A stretch of DNA of 58,935 nt, the filler included, from Catajapyx aquilonaris (lineage: Eukaryota): NCBI GenBank assembly GCA_000934665.2. It is 4 parts of 4 records of this genome, joined end to end, with 100 filler letters (N's around TTAATTAATTAA, not from the genome) between each part and the next. Parts side by side here need not be neighbours in the genome. Positions count along the whole stretch, not along the records: positions 1 to 15,332 come from JYFJ02007784.1; 3 more parts are not named here. One strand, given 5' to 3'. The notes below the pieces were generated by a model. The model was not told where the DNA came from, searched no databases, and was given only the letters and a program-made list of their open reading frames with translations. Shown piece after piece: positions 1-12,658 of this stretch; position 1 is the stretch's first letter, and each line of letters starts with the position of its first letter. A program made the position numbers and the translations under genes.

Positions 1-69
1 GTATAGCCATAATTATTGCAAAGATTACTACCAAATCAATGGGTCACTCCTATGGAAAAGTATTTCATA

Positions 70-98
70 ACCCGAGCAACGCCGGGTATCCTGCTAGT
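70..98 (+). mobile_element. Helitron-type 3' terminus (hairpin + CTAG|T)
   Basis: CCCGAGCAACGCCGGG hairpin followed by TATCCTG and CTAG|T; the same terminus structure recurs at 54079-54107. Confidence 0.6.
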
Positions 99-983
99 CG
101 AGACTATTTGCATAGAGTGAAAGAATGGAAATGTATGCAAATTATACTAATCAGGTTGGGGCACACCTCCTGAGGCGTGGATCAGAACCTACCTGTCTGT
201 ATTTGCTTCCATCATATCTTATCAACCATGGTCAAACCATTCAATTTTTTATGTTGACGTAACCGGTGTGAATGTTAAACTGATTACACTTGACTCCCAT
301 GACATTGCAGTAATCCAGGTGGCCAACCTGCAATATTGGATATGGCTTCCGATGGGATTGGAAAACTTTCCGAGGCAACACAGTCTTGTCCAATACAGAC
401 AGGAATTTCATTCAATCCTTTGGAAAATGGCAATTGTATGCCAACTAAAATGGCATAAGTTTTTAAACAGACTCAAACTTGCCATGTCAGTGCCATTACT
501 ACAGCATGTTTCAAAACCGTTTTTAAAATCCCACGATTCATTCAGTATTCATTGCAACAGGCTTTTGAAAAGTTTGCGACAGGCTAAGGCAATATTGATC
601 ACAACTCTAACAGTTGTGAAACACTTCAATCTGAAACGTCTGCAAAAATATCTGCAAATATTGTTACACACTTTACAGGACTTACTGCATACAAACTTGT
701 GCAATCATTGTTAACGTACTTTTGCAAAAGATTCAATTATAATCTGCAATAGCGAGGATTCCGTGCGTTTTTCCTAAATTTTTATTGCTCGCTGCATTTA
801 TTTCAAAATTGCAGTACGTCATTTGGCATTCACTTTATGTCCTACTAGTGTTTGCAGTATTTTCCCAGAAAGTACATTAGTCCGGTGCAGGCCATAATAA
901 ATGTGACATCGCAACAACGTCTGCCAGCTGTTGCATCCATCGGCAAAATAATGTCCCAAACAAAGTGTCCAATCCAAACTCAC

Positions 984-1185
984 CCTTCCTCCGTCCGAAA
1001 GGTCCGCTGAACTGGAAGTCCGTCCCAATAAGCCCGTCCCTGATGAACCCGACCACTCTCTGTGGGTCAGCAGGTGCCCTCCTGGTCTTGAACGACCCTC
1101 TGAGTGACCTGATGTGCTCTTCTTTCTCCTTGGAGAAGTCGTAGAAGGCTCGAGGACCGTATGATGAGGAGGAGGAAGACGCCAT
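984..1185 (-). CDS. First coding exon of a probable aminotransferase class-V / cysteine-desulfurase-like gene (rest lies beyond the window start)
   Basis: MASSSSSSYGPRAF...RVVGFIRDGLIGTDFQFSGPFGRRK, then a strong donor G|GTGAGT at 984/983. It resembles the 'I..xxIG.D..F.GP[FY]GRRKVVYCDYTASGR' N-terminus of metazoan PLP-dependent class-V proteins. An in-frame upstream ATG (~1399) is possible. Confidence 0.6.
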
Positions 1186-3092
1186 CCTGGACTGTCCCTT
1201 GGTGATTCCCAGCCAGAGTCCCTTCCAGCATCGCCACGCCACACCACCAAATCCCATGCGACTGGTCGTGCTGCTGCTGCTGCTCCCCGCAGACGGCCTT
1301 GCGCCTCTTCTCCCTCTATCCACCACGCTATCCCACGGCTTGTTTCCAGGACTGGCACACTGCTCCACCTGGTAACTCTGGATTCGATGGCGGAACATTC
1401 TGACCACGATTCTGGCCACGATCAACTCCACTAAAGCTGGTTTATAAAATTATAAATATATCGGAACAATTTTACATTACATATTGGACAAAAATAACGG
1501 TTCATTCACAGTTCGCCAGATGCACATTCGCCCGTTGTATGATGTTTGTCCGACCTGATAGTACCACTGTCTCTCGGAAGACCTGAAAGTGGCAGGAATG
1601 TGCAGGGGGAGTATGCGACATCTATGCGTGAATAATAGTACTGCGTGGTACTATTGCGGGCGATCTCATTAAAAGTTGTTTGTCACTGCCATACTGATTA
1701 ATATAGGTTTTGGCCCGTTTTGCCCAATTTTGGCGACTGTTTCGCTAGTAACGTATAGCTTGCGTATAGTGATGAGTCAACGCGAGTATAGGGGACAAAG
1801 TCACATCTAGCCAATTATAGGGACTACATAATGATGATTCATGTCGAAGTAATGCTTACGTATAATGTCTCGTCTCCATCAAGTCTGGACCAGAAAGAGA
1901 AATAGGCAGCCTTTTCTCTCTCAATCAAGTGTCATTATAATAACATTAATTGCATGGTAGCCTGGCTAAAGTGTCAGTTGAGGAGAACAGTCTTACCTGA
2001 AAGATGGGAGTGAGAACTTGAGGCAAGCAACCCCTCTCCAGTGGCCTTATATTGTGTACGGTAGCATCTTACGCCAATCCTGAAGAGCACTATTACGAGT
2101 AGATTAAGTAATTAAAAGAGGTGATTTAGTGTCTTAACACGTCTAACTGGTCGTTTCTCCACTTTTTACAGAGCATTAGAATAAAGGTCAATAAGGAAAG
2201 TGTTTTTGAATTCTCGACAGTTCCAATCCATCTTCATTAGTATAATATGGTAATTAGTATGCTGCTTTAACACCTCCACTAACTTGCATGTTCACATCCT
2301 TTCACACATATTGACGCCAATACATTAATTCGCAAAAAAAAAACACTTGCAAACCGACTTTTTACTCCTTTTCCCCATTCCGGTTACACAAATGTCCAGA
2401 AAATACGCCACCTTTCCAATGCAGTGTGACTGCGTAAGTTTGTTGTTAAGAACTTAATGTTACGTACGACGGTACGAGTTAACTATAAGGTTTACGGTTA
2501 ATTTTTGCAATAACACTCATAGCTTCAAAGCACCTTTCAAAATAAAGTCGTTGCCACTTTAAGAACCTACTATAGAGTAAGCAACCACTAGCTTGGAAAG
2601 ATTAAAAGTTATATGTCTTTCACAATAACAGAATAGGTAAGTGACCGCACTGTCATGTAGGTGGGAAAAAATCTAGCTTAGGTTAAGTTCTGTTCTGCAC
2701 TTTTGCAATTCCCAGCTTTTATTTTGTATGCAGTTGCAATATTCATGACATAAATAAATAATTTATTTCGTGAGCACTGTTCGCCAGGGTGACATGGCGC
2801 AGCGAATATGATAACAAAGCAAGGCGCATAATTTGCTTTTCATGCTCAGTTTTCGCAAAACCTTAAAATTGAGACAAATCCCTCTCTCGAAAGACCGGTA
2901 ACCCTTAGTGACATCATCAATCAATATACATATCATAGCAACAGGGAAATTCAACAACCCCTCCTTGTAGCCCCCAAATTGTTAGCCCGGCAAGTGCTGG
3001 ATCGAATCGCCGGTTTTTGCCTTCCGCTTTTTTATATCGAAGGCAGCGGTTTTACCATTTCAGCCTGGATTTGACCTACCTTGACCATCAAA

Positions 3093-3382
3093 ATGCATAA
3101 GGTGGACTTGCCCCATGAGATAAAGGAGGCGGCAGCCATTCAGAGGAGGAGGAAACAGGAAGAGGAGAGGAAGATACGGATCTACAATGCCAGGGAAAGA
3201 TTGATAGGGGTAATGTTATTGCTTAACACGTGCATGAGATTCCATTTTTTTCATACCTCATCATGTATAATGTTTTTGCGACGTAATCAGATACGGTATG
3301 TATTCTGGCAGGAGCTAATAAATCTTAACGCTTATAACCTTTTGATTCTAGGGTAGTCCCACGCATATGATTTGTATTCAAA

Positions 3383-3444
<62 letters not shown>

Positions 3445-3479
3445 CAGCAGCAGCAGCAGCAGCAGCAAGGTAGTAGTAA

Positions 3480-3545
<66 letters not shown>

Positions 3546-6500
3546 CATCAGCAGCAGCAGCAGCAAGTTAGTAGCAATTGTAATAATGATACTTGTTGTT
3601 TTTGTTGTTGTTACAACAGCAAGAACTAATTAGACCTACTTCCCATTCCTTGATATTGTAATAATATCTTCATGCCAAACTGAAATGGACCATTAACTGA
3701 ACTATGAAATAGCAATATTGTATTGTTTACAGTAAACAGGTTTCATGGGATTGAAGAGGAAGTGCGTGTTGTTTCAACACTGAGTTACGTAATATTGTGG
3801 GTGAAAAAATTACAGCAGAGACCTGTTGCAATAATAGCAGTTTGAGAAATTGCATAATCTCAAATTTCATAGGTGTAACTATTCATTGTTGACTGATTGT
3901 CCCTAGCAATTACTAACATACGTTAAATATGTGATATTATCTGAATGTTTCATCTGGTGTGCAACCTTTAAAAATTATGTATGCTATGTAGGGAAAGATA
4001 ATTCATATTTGTGAATGAGGCTGTAGAGTGTAGAGCATGTGCAATAGACAACTGCTCTTCATCAAACGGTTATTGCTTCCAGGTGGACCGTGAGGGCCTG
4101 AAGGCTCAGCTAGAAGAGAAGAGGTGCCTCAAGGAGCAGGAGGAGGAGCGAGATAGGCAGTATGACCTGCAAGCTGCTCAGAGTGACAGGCTCGCACAGC
4201 TCCTGGCAGCCAGGGAGCAGAAGGAAAGGCTTACGGTATGCTACTGGCACCCTCATTACACGTACTTTAAAAATGTATAAAATAATGCTACAATAAGTAC
4301 TGGATATTTCCATCGAAGTTCACTGTGGGCAAGATTTTTCAAAAGCCTCACAGTGACAAATGCCACTTCTGACCTCTGCAGGCAGAGAAGGCTGTGAGGG
4401 ACTACTGCCAGAACAATCAAAAGTATGAGGACCGCCGTGAGTTTGACCTGAATGACCCAGATGCGCTGAAGAAGGCTGAACCAATCCGCGTATGTGACGA
4501 AGATCCCCGGCTGGGCATCTCTTCAGGACAGGTATTTATGGGGGAGGACTTAACAGCCAAGGAGAGGAAGTTGAGGCAGAAGCAGCAGAGCAGGGCCTGG
4601 TGGGAGGAGCAGCAGGCCCAAAAGCAGCAGGCCACCAAGAACCTCCTGGAAGCAGAGAGGCTCTATGAGGCTAGGAGGGGAGAGATTAATTACAGGATCA
4701 CGAAGATACAGGAGACAGAGGAAGCTGCCAGGAGACAAGTTGAAGCTGCTATGAAGGTACTGCACTTGTTTTCTAGATCTGATTGCAATAAACAGTTGAC
4801 TCTGGATGTAACAGCCTCGGTTATAGCATACTCAAAAGGTTTGTCCCGCCATACTTGGCTATAGCAGACTGATTTCCGCGGTCCCTTGAAGGCTGTCATA
4901 TCCGGAGTCTATTGTGTTAACATGGAGAAAGACAACAGATGCTTGTCAGAATGCGTAGCAGGAAATGTCCGCAGGGAGAATTCCTGACGGTGTCATTTAT
5001 TGATTAGCAAAAAAAGTTACAGTATTTGAGTAATCAACATTTAAATCTGGTACAACATTAAAATGCTTCCATTTCACATGCAATAATACTCATGTACCTG
5101 TATTTTTTCCTCATTTTATAAAAACTGGCAATACATTCTAAGCATCACAGTAACATTAAGAGTACGTTGCTAAACTCAGCCGCTCCCGCATCGAAACAAA
5201 AGAGTAACAATAAGTAACAGTTATTTTATTGTTACTCTTTGTTTCACTGTGGCAGTGGCTGAGTTTAGCAACGTACTCGAACACTCCTGACACTTACATT
5301 ACCTTAAGTCAATCTTTTCAATAAAATTCATGATGTCAACCTCCAAAGCCCTGGTAAAGCAAGAATGTTTATGCAGTGTATGAAAGACCACTGATTACAA
5401 TTCACCATGAACAAGAACCATAATGGTGCTACAGTATATCTTAAGCTGATAAAGTCTAGAACACATGAGCAAAAGACTTTAAAAGACTAACACATCAATA
5501 GCAGAATTTACAATACCAGTACTCATGAAATTAATCAAAATGGCAACAGGTAGCATGTGCCACTTTCACACTGGAGTTGAGCTTACAACGTGGAATTGTG
5601 CAGATCAGGTTTAGAGCTGCACATTTGGAAAAAATGATCATGTGGATCCTGCCTGTATTCAGGGCCATATTTAGGCCTATGTGGGCCCCGGGGCACTGAT
5701 ATTTGTGTGGGCCCCTACGATGCTGTTTTTCATCAGGAATAACGCAGCTGCCGAATCAGCCTCCCACTACACCAGGCTGAAACAGCCATTGCAAGGAACA
5801 TACTATATGCCACTTAATGGCGCAGTATTTAATGTTGTTCTGCGTGTATAAGGCTACTATCACAAAAAATGTCAAGACAAAACCGGTTCACATTACTAAA
5901 TTAACAAGCACTAGCAAAGGTCAACAAAACAGAGTTAATCATCCACCGTTACAAGTGCCTACCGTATACGCCTATAGACAGATCTTATTTGAAGGAATTT
6001 TTAGAACTGCGCAAAAGACATGTTGAACCTGTCATACTATGGGAAATGAGAAAAGTGCGAACAAGCGTGTCGCAGGCGATTTTTTTTTTCGTGTTCAACA
6101 TCACACAAGCGTAGGTGAATGAATGTAACTGACAGCTATTATTATCAATAATTAATTTTTCGGATCACCTATACTACCTACCGCAGACGATTATTTACCT
6201 GTTGCGAGGGGTCCTGGCACAGAGGGGCCCTTTTGGGCCATTGACATCTAAATTTTTTTAATGAACTTCGATTGTTATGAAATTAATGTGTTTTCGATAT
6301 TTATTACCAATTACCTCAAAAATTATACGTTTATGACTGGTAAAGCAGTGCGAGGGCCCCATATGTTCAATTGTAAAAGGAGCTGCCACTGCATTCCCCC
6401 TACTACTGCCCCCTGTTGGAGGGGCCCAGTGACCCGTACATGCTAGCTATGTGTATCGATGTATACAGTATATTGGGCCCCTGCGGGGCCCCTAAGTTTC

Positions 6501-6906
6501 CTTGGGCCCTGGGCACGTGCCCCGGTAGGCCCCTTCAGTAATACGGCCCTGCCTGTATTTAAAGAGGTAGAAGCCTGAAAGTCAAGACCAGCATTGTGGA
6601 ATGTATGGCAGTAGTTACCTTTATCTGTGGTTTCACTTTTGGAGGTTCTAAAAATGCACAATCTGAAGAACCATCCACCCGGCTTGTTTTTCTTGGTTTA
6701 GTATTCTATAGTGTCATGTATCACGGGAAACTTCTCATACCTTGAGTATGCTAAGGGCCGTGGTGGCATAAACAATTTGTTCATAGATGCCACATTGTTA
6801 GTATAAATATGGGCTTCTGTACTTGAAGCATTCGAAAGAAACCAAGTTGCATTTCCTTGAATTCTGAGCTTGTTTCACATCTCCTCTTTCACTGCTTCTC
6901 ATCTTT

Positions 6907-6939
<33 letters not shown>

Positions 6940-9654
6940 NGTGGGTTACCACCTTTGGAAATTTGTGTTGGAGCGGGTTTAAGAATAATCTTAATTAGTA
7001 TGCTCCAAGGGTGGGTGGGAGGGGATGTGCAAAGTGCAAGTGCAATGTCTCTAATCGTCATTTTGTGAACTCCCCCGGGTGGCTTAGTCTGTCGGAAATT
7101 GCCACCCGAAACGAAGCCAGAGATGGCCCAACTCTGCACGAAAGAAGGTGGGAACCCCGGGTGGGGATTGAACCCGGGACCTTAACTTCCGTGGGCGCGC
7201 GCGTTACCGCGGCGCCACTCCGTCTCCCCTCTCATCTTTAAAATATGACAATGTGTTTTTCAGAAATGAGCTTACACCCATACCAGTTAAACTATTTTGG
7301 ATTCTAACCCTCCCTCTCTCAACCTTCTGTATAGACCTACTGCATTTCTATATTCTTACAGCCAGAGAGCCTCAGTTGCATGGGCTTCTTTCCAGTCAAT
7401 CAATCCAATCGAACCTACCACTGCACCATCAAGAGTGACAGTGAGTATACATACACATCAAATATGAATGTTGGTTGGCAGGGAGAAGCATCCACAAAAT
7501 TTCCACCAATATGAATGTGAGCTCGACTCTTAAACACATGGCACCAGGTCTTCGCCATTCTTTTCAATACTGCTAGTGTCGATAGGAGTGTAACATATGA
7601 CATAGAACCAACCTGCGGTGTACTATGTTTGAACCTTCAATAATAAAGCACACCATTAGCCTCCAAATCAAAATACTACTACAGTGCCGAAAACGAAACG
7701 GCGATCTGATATCATCGAGGTTTCCATGGAAATACCCTCACAGAACAATATGAGTAAACAGTATCAACAAAAAGCAACGATGTAAGAAACGATGACGTCA
7801 GATCATCATTTGGTTTTCCGCACTTTATAGATGGATTTTTTTACTAACACAACTGAGTACACTCGCGCAAGTCCATTGTTCCGACAACAACGTTGCCAGT
7901 TACTCCTCAGGGGACAAATTCACACTGGTACCCTCTAATGTTCATTCCAGAGCCTTGGCAACATCGCAAAAGTTGGCCATATTGTTACCCCCTCAAGCTT
8001 AGTGTTGGAAACAATTTGCACGAGCTCTGTTGCGCACATAAAAATATTCATCTATAACATCATTACAACCCAACACATGTACTCTGCAAAATACTGACTT
8101 CTTCACTACAAATCTTAGATAAGCCTGGCTTTCAAATCCACTTGCCCTTCAGTCAGTGTTATTAATTTGTAATGACATATCACATAAATATTGGCACAGG
8201 TGTGCTGCAAATATCTTGCTACTGAGGAGATTTAGCAGTTAATCTATCATCATTTTGTAAGCACTGACAGATAATTCCACTTTACATAAACTACTAGAGA
8301 AGTCAGTTGATTGAAAGAGAGCTTCAAAAATTCAACTCTTACCCTTTAAAATCGTCATCAAACATGCAAATGCATACAACAACAGTCTTCAACCTCGTCC
8401 TTGTTAGACGTCACTTTTTTCTCTGCAAAACCTTTCCGGAATGCATGCAAAAAAATTCTGTGCATTTTTTTCTGAACCATAAGAGTACAGAACGATGGTA
8501 TGCCCAGCTCGACTAATAAATCCAATGTTACTACAAATACCTTTGAGGAACCAATAGCCCAGGTACTACACTGGTTGAAGACCGAGGAAATACACCATGA
8601 AAATATTCATATTTCTGTTTCTCAATTTATGACCTATTACAAAATTAACAGCATGACACACATTATCAATTTTCCCGTCCGTTATTGTCACCTGCCAAAA
8701 TGAAATATGAATTTACATTACGACAGGAGTACAACCGCCTTCTGATGGAGGAGCAAGAGTACAAGAGGAATGAAGAGAAGGCAATGGATGAGCAGGCAAA
8801 TAGGTGCCACATATTAAATCAGATATCATCCGACCTTCTGACAGAAAACCCAGATGTTGCTGTCTCTGCAATGGGCCCTGACAGGATTTTGGCCAACCGG
8901 TGGAAGGGAATGTCTCCACAGCAAGTGGAGGAGTGCCAAAGGCAAAACCTGGCCCACATGGAAAGGAACAGGGTAACAAAGTCCTAGTCCTCAAATCTTT
9001 TTAAAGCAGCACTGGTGTCATCATGTACAGCAAATACTGCACAGCTTAATGATGTACTTTTGTAACAGCCTTGGCAGTACATGATTCAAATTATTGTTTT
9101 AAAATATTGGCGCTTAAGAGTCAGTTGTATGAAAAAAAAAAAAATAGGGAATATGTCTGACTATGATTACAGTTGCAATGCATAACTGATGTAATCAGAT
9201 ATTTCCTCCTTAATTTGCATCCATAAACTGGCTCTACTAATAGGACCTGTCATGGGTTAAGTTCCCAACAGAACCTTCTTATTTACTTCTTAATGCTACT
9301 ATATCATCACTATCCACCTTCTAGGCAAAAGCTGAAGCGGAGGCAAAGCTTGACAGGGACATGGCCAGGATGACCATAGCCCATGACATGACAGCCAACA
9401 TCCTGCAGCGGGAGATTGACAAAAAGAAGAAGTGAGTATTGTGTGTAAAATTACAGGTCCATTCACGCATAAGAGGCTACCATTGAATTACTTTCTTGCC
9501 TCTTCATTATAGGGAGATTGAGTTGAAGATGGCAGAGGAAAATAAGAGGATGGCCCAAGCCCAGAAGGCAAGGAAGGATTACATGGATAACTGTGTCTAT
9601 GTCAACCCACCAACTGCTGCCTACTTTGAGCAGTTCAACACCAGTGCTCGTTAA
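3093..9654 (+). CDS. RIBC: RIB43A-like with coiled-coils protein (ciliary microtubule inner protein), 379 aa
   Basis: Exons 3093-3209, 4083-4235, 4382-4756, 8727-8972, 9325-9431, 9513-9654, all GT-AG and phase-consistent (1140 nt). Family motifs: ARERLIGVD, RREFDLNDP, FMGEDL, DLLTENPDVAVS, RWKGMS and C-terminal YFEQFNTSAR*. AATAAA at 9831. Confidence 0.95.
3385..3570. repeat. Compound (TAG)n/(CAG)n microsatellite in RIBC intron 1
   Basis: Read directly. Confidence 0.95.
5160..5278. mobile_element. Small fold-back MITE
   Basis: Perfect 22-bp terminal IR GAGTACGTTGCTAAACTCAGCC/GGCTGAGTTTAGCAACGTACTC with a largely palindromic interior. Confidence 0.7.
5660..6551. mobile_element. Non-autonomous hAT element
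   Basis: TIRs CAGGGCC...GGCCCTG, perfect 8-bp TSD CCTGTATT (5652-5659, 6552-6559), subterminal GGGCCCC repeats. Confidence 0.9.
6910..7229 (-). mobile_element. tRNA-derived SINE, family A, copy 1 (poly(A) tail)
   Basis: Minus strand starts GGGGAGACGGAGTGGCGCCGCGG (A box) and contains GGTTCAATCC (B box). Poly(A) tail; 13-bp TSD TCTCATCTTTAAA (6897-6909, 7230-7242). Confidence 0.85.
7683..7824. mobile_element. Degenerate fold-back MITE
   Basis: ~35-bp imperfect terminal IR AGTGCCGAAAACGAAA.../...TTTGGTTTTCCGCACT. Confidence 0.55.
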
Positions 9655-9946
9655 GATTTGGGGGTGAAGCGGACCACATTTTACATCAGAAGAAATGAAA
9701 AGTCTGGAGCTCGAGGTACCACATATGACAAAATTGGCGCTAATGGAATTGTACTTTAAAATTTTGCAGTTCTAACAACGTACCCGATGATTTACAACGC
9801 AAGTTCTTAACCACTTTGGCACAGTTCATAAATAAAGAATCACAGCTGCAGTGGCTGTTTATGAAGTTTTTAGAGGAGTTGATTTTCATGATAAATTATT
9901 TCCAAGGAATGTTGCATTAGCATGTACGAGTTTAAAAAATATACTT

Positions 9947-12658
9947 TCAGTGAGGTCTAGGTGCCAGCCCCTTAAAAGCCAAGTTTAGTATAGAGTCAGC
10001 AATTATTTTAGCAGTGCACTTCTGGTACCCGCCACTAGTGAGCATGACTATGGGTATTTTCCTGGAGCGAGCCTTGGCAAACACAAGCTCGTCTCTCTCA
10101 ATTATTCCCTGGGCGCTGACGCTGAGGAAGCCCAAAGGATCCCCTTCCAAGATATCTGTTCCGGCGTTGTATACGATGAGGTGTGGGTGGAACTGGGATA
10201 GAGATGCATCCAGTTTGCTGCAATGACAAAGAATAAATTATTACATGTACCATGAAGTACATGCAGCTTAACCCAAAACTGTGCGGAATGGCAAATGTAA
10301 AGCTCTTGCACATTACACGCCGTCAAGAGCTCTTGACGGCATTAAGAAACTAGTCCACACTACACACAGGTTATGTGGTTGGCAATTTACGCTATCAAAA
10401 TGGAAATCTCAACTTTCATTCCCTTCATAATCAGTTCAAATTGCACACATATTGTGTGCCTATTTACGTCTTCACTTGAAAACATCAGCATTGAAGTCAC
10501 TTTCAGCATATTCTCACAAGTGCTAACTATCTTGTCAATGATGCAAAATTCATCCTGCTATACCTTAAAAGCAAGTGTAACTGGTAGGCTATCCTAATGA
10601 CACAGAATTAAGCATCACTGTTTGTAAAAATGGGAACCAATGTTCTCATTATGAATGCACAATTAAGAGGGCAGAGGACACACTAGCACCAACTCTAAGA
10701 AAAAAACCAAATGAATCTCGTGACACTTGAGCGCAAGCCTAAGCAAGAGCCTACAAATAAGGGTTGCAACTGAAACAGAGAAGGAAGCAAAAGATTCACT
10801 GTGCTCACCTTTCAACCCGATGAAGATATTCCTGTGTTTCAGTTTTTGGGGCAAGTGGCAATGCACACCTTATTGTTAATTTCGCACCTTCATCATGTGG
10901 AAATATGGCGGCATTGTAAGCATCCATTATGAAGACGCGGTCATCACCAACAAAGTCCCTCTCGGGTCCATTTCCCTTTGAAGGACAAGTGTAATTAAAA
11001 ATTTTCAGCATGTTAATGTTTAAGATGCCTATAATAATGCAACCTGGCAGAAAAAATTCCATGAAAAATCTCTTCATTACACAGCATTAATTACATCCTT
11101 CACACATATGCAATTTAGATCAATTTCATACATTATTAAATTGACCTCTGCGAATACCTAACCAGTATCTAAATTTTATAAATGGTTGTACATATAAAGT
11201 AATGAGGAAGCAAAGAGGTTTTTCATAATCGCCAGCACACTTTAGGGAAAAGCCACTGTGTGAAGCATTTGCATGACTTCAGGATGGAATCTCAATTAGC
11301 TAGCTATGAATTGCATATCCTTATTCAGTAATTCCATCTCAACTCAGATGAAGTTGAAACCTGACCATTGCAGATTTTGTCGTAAAAATTTCTGAATAAG
11401 TACACCCAGAAATATTTCCATCCAATTCCGAGATGTTGCCAACTTTGCCAGAGTTGAGATGGCATGATTTACCCACCTGGTGTGCATCAAGATCAACAAT
11501 CATGACCTTTGAGACATGAATTCCTAACACAGCCCTTATGGCAATGGTAATGTCTGCGTAGACACAGAATCCTTCCCCTCTGGTTGCACAGCAGTGGTGG
11601 AAGCCCCCACCCAAGTTGATGGCCCACCCATGGTCTATGGCCAGACGAGCTGCCAGAAGGGTGCCAGCAGTGTGGTACCTCATGGGCCGCAAAAATGCTC
11701 TCTGAACCATGAAATTTGGGACTAGGGCCAAGGGTGGCACCTCAGTAATTCGGGCCACATTCCAACTCCAACGCAGACTTGACAGGTACTCAGGTGTGTG
11801 AACTGAGAGCAAGAGTTCATGAGTCGCTTGAGGTGGTTTTACAACGGTGGTATCAGACAGCATTCTCGCTTTCTTCAAGTACTGCAATGATAAAGTATGT
11901 CACACAGAAATCCACCATCCCATATAAGGCCAGTCAAAATTTCTGGTTATTTGCATCAGTAAAAAATATACAGGCTGAGAATCCTTAATCTGAAAATCTA
12001 CAAAATCCTTTAGTTTTTGAGTGCTGACATGAAGTGCCAAAAATGGAAGATTCTACACGAGTAGACCATGACTAGCGTAATTATTTGTATCTGTACTCAG
12101 CAAAATTCTTTAAAATTATCATAAGATTACCTCCAGCTAGTTTAATGTATAACCCTCATTAAGAAATGTTCCTAGATATCACATTCAGGGGTTTATTCCT
12201 TCAAATTTGTCCCATTTATGTATACAAATTTACAAATATTCCAAAATCTGAAACACTTCCGGATTCCAGATAAAGGATTTTCAACCTGTATAAGATAATT
12301 ACATATAATGTGATTTAAGATAAAATTACAATGATTCATTGTTATTGCACTAATTGTAATTATCTTCTGATCAATTATACCTTATAAATGCTTCCCCATT
12401 TCCCTGCATCAAAAGGGTGCAACTTCTGCAGTCCCAAGAGAGAAACATTGTACTCTGGTCTGTACACGACAGGCCATTGGTTAGGGCCCAGGGGCTGGTA
12501 CACCTCGGCGCTTCCAGGGGGACTACGATAAATGTTAAGAATTATTAGAAAAAGGACTGGAGAGAAAAAGAACCCGGTTGCACAGTATACACTTGAATAG
12601 GAACATACGGTCCGACAACGTCCTTGGTGTGGCAGACCTTCCCTTTCCTCCCGCCCAT
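9947..12658 (-). CDS. HDAC11: Histone deacetylase 11 (class IV), 344 aa
   Basis: Exons 12658-12609, 12522-12381, 11881-11477, 10975-10809, 10217-9947, all GT-AG and phase-consistent (1035 nt). Motifs: WPVVYRPEYN, LHPFDAGKW, GWAINLGGGFHHC, GFCVYADI, DLDAHQGNG, YNAGTD, MLTSGGY. Confidence 0.96.
11971..12288. mobile_element. Tigger/pogo-type MITE (Tigger4/Zombi-like) in an HDAC11 intron
   Basis: TA TSD; TIRs CAGGCTGAGAATCCTTAATCTG / CAGATAAAGGATTTTCAACCTG. Confidence 0.8.

Noticed and set aside
268..714. 148-aa ORF
   Set aside because: Non-ATG start, AT-rich repetitive intronic sequence, no recognisable motif
2079..2100. CTGAAGAG/CTGATGAG motifs as hammerhead ribozyme cores (also 39032, 46294)
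   Set aside because: No properly placed stem II + GAAA and no flanking stems
2930..2943. RFX X-box upstream of the ciliary gene RIBC
   Set aside because: Only the TAGCAAC half-site matches
3378..3566. Poly-Leu/Cys/Tyr ORF (also poly-D 25075-25557, poly-I/L 55853-56697, poly-G 58548-58742)
   Set aside because: Translations of microsatellites
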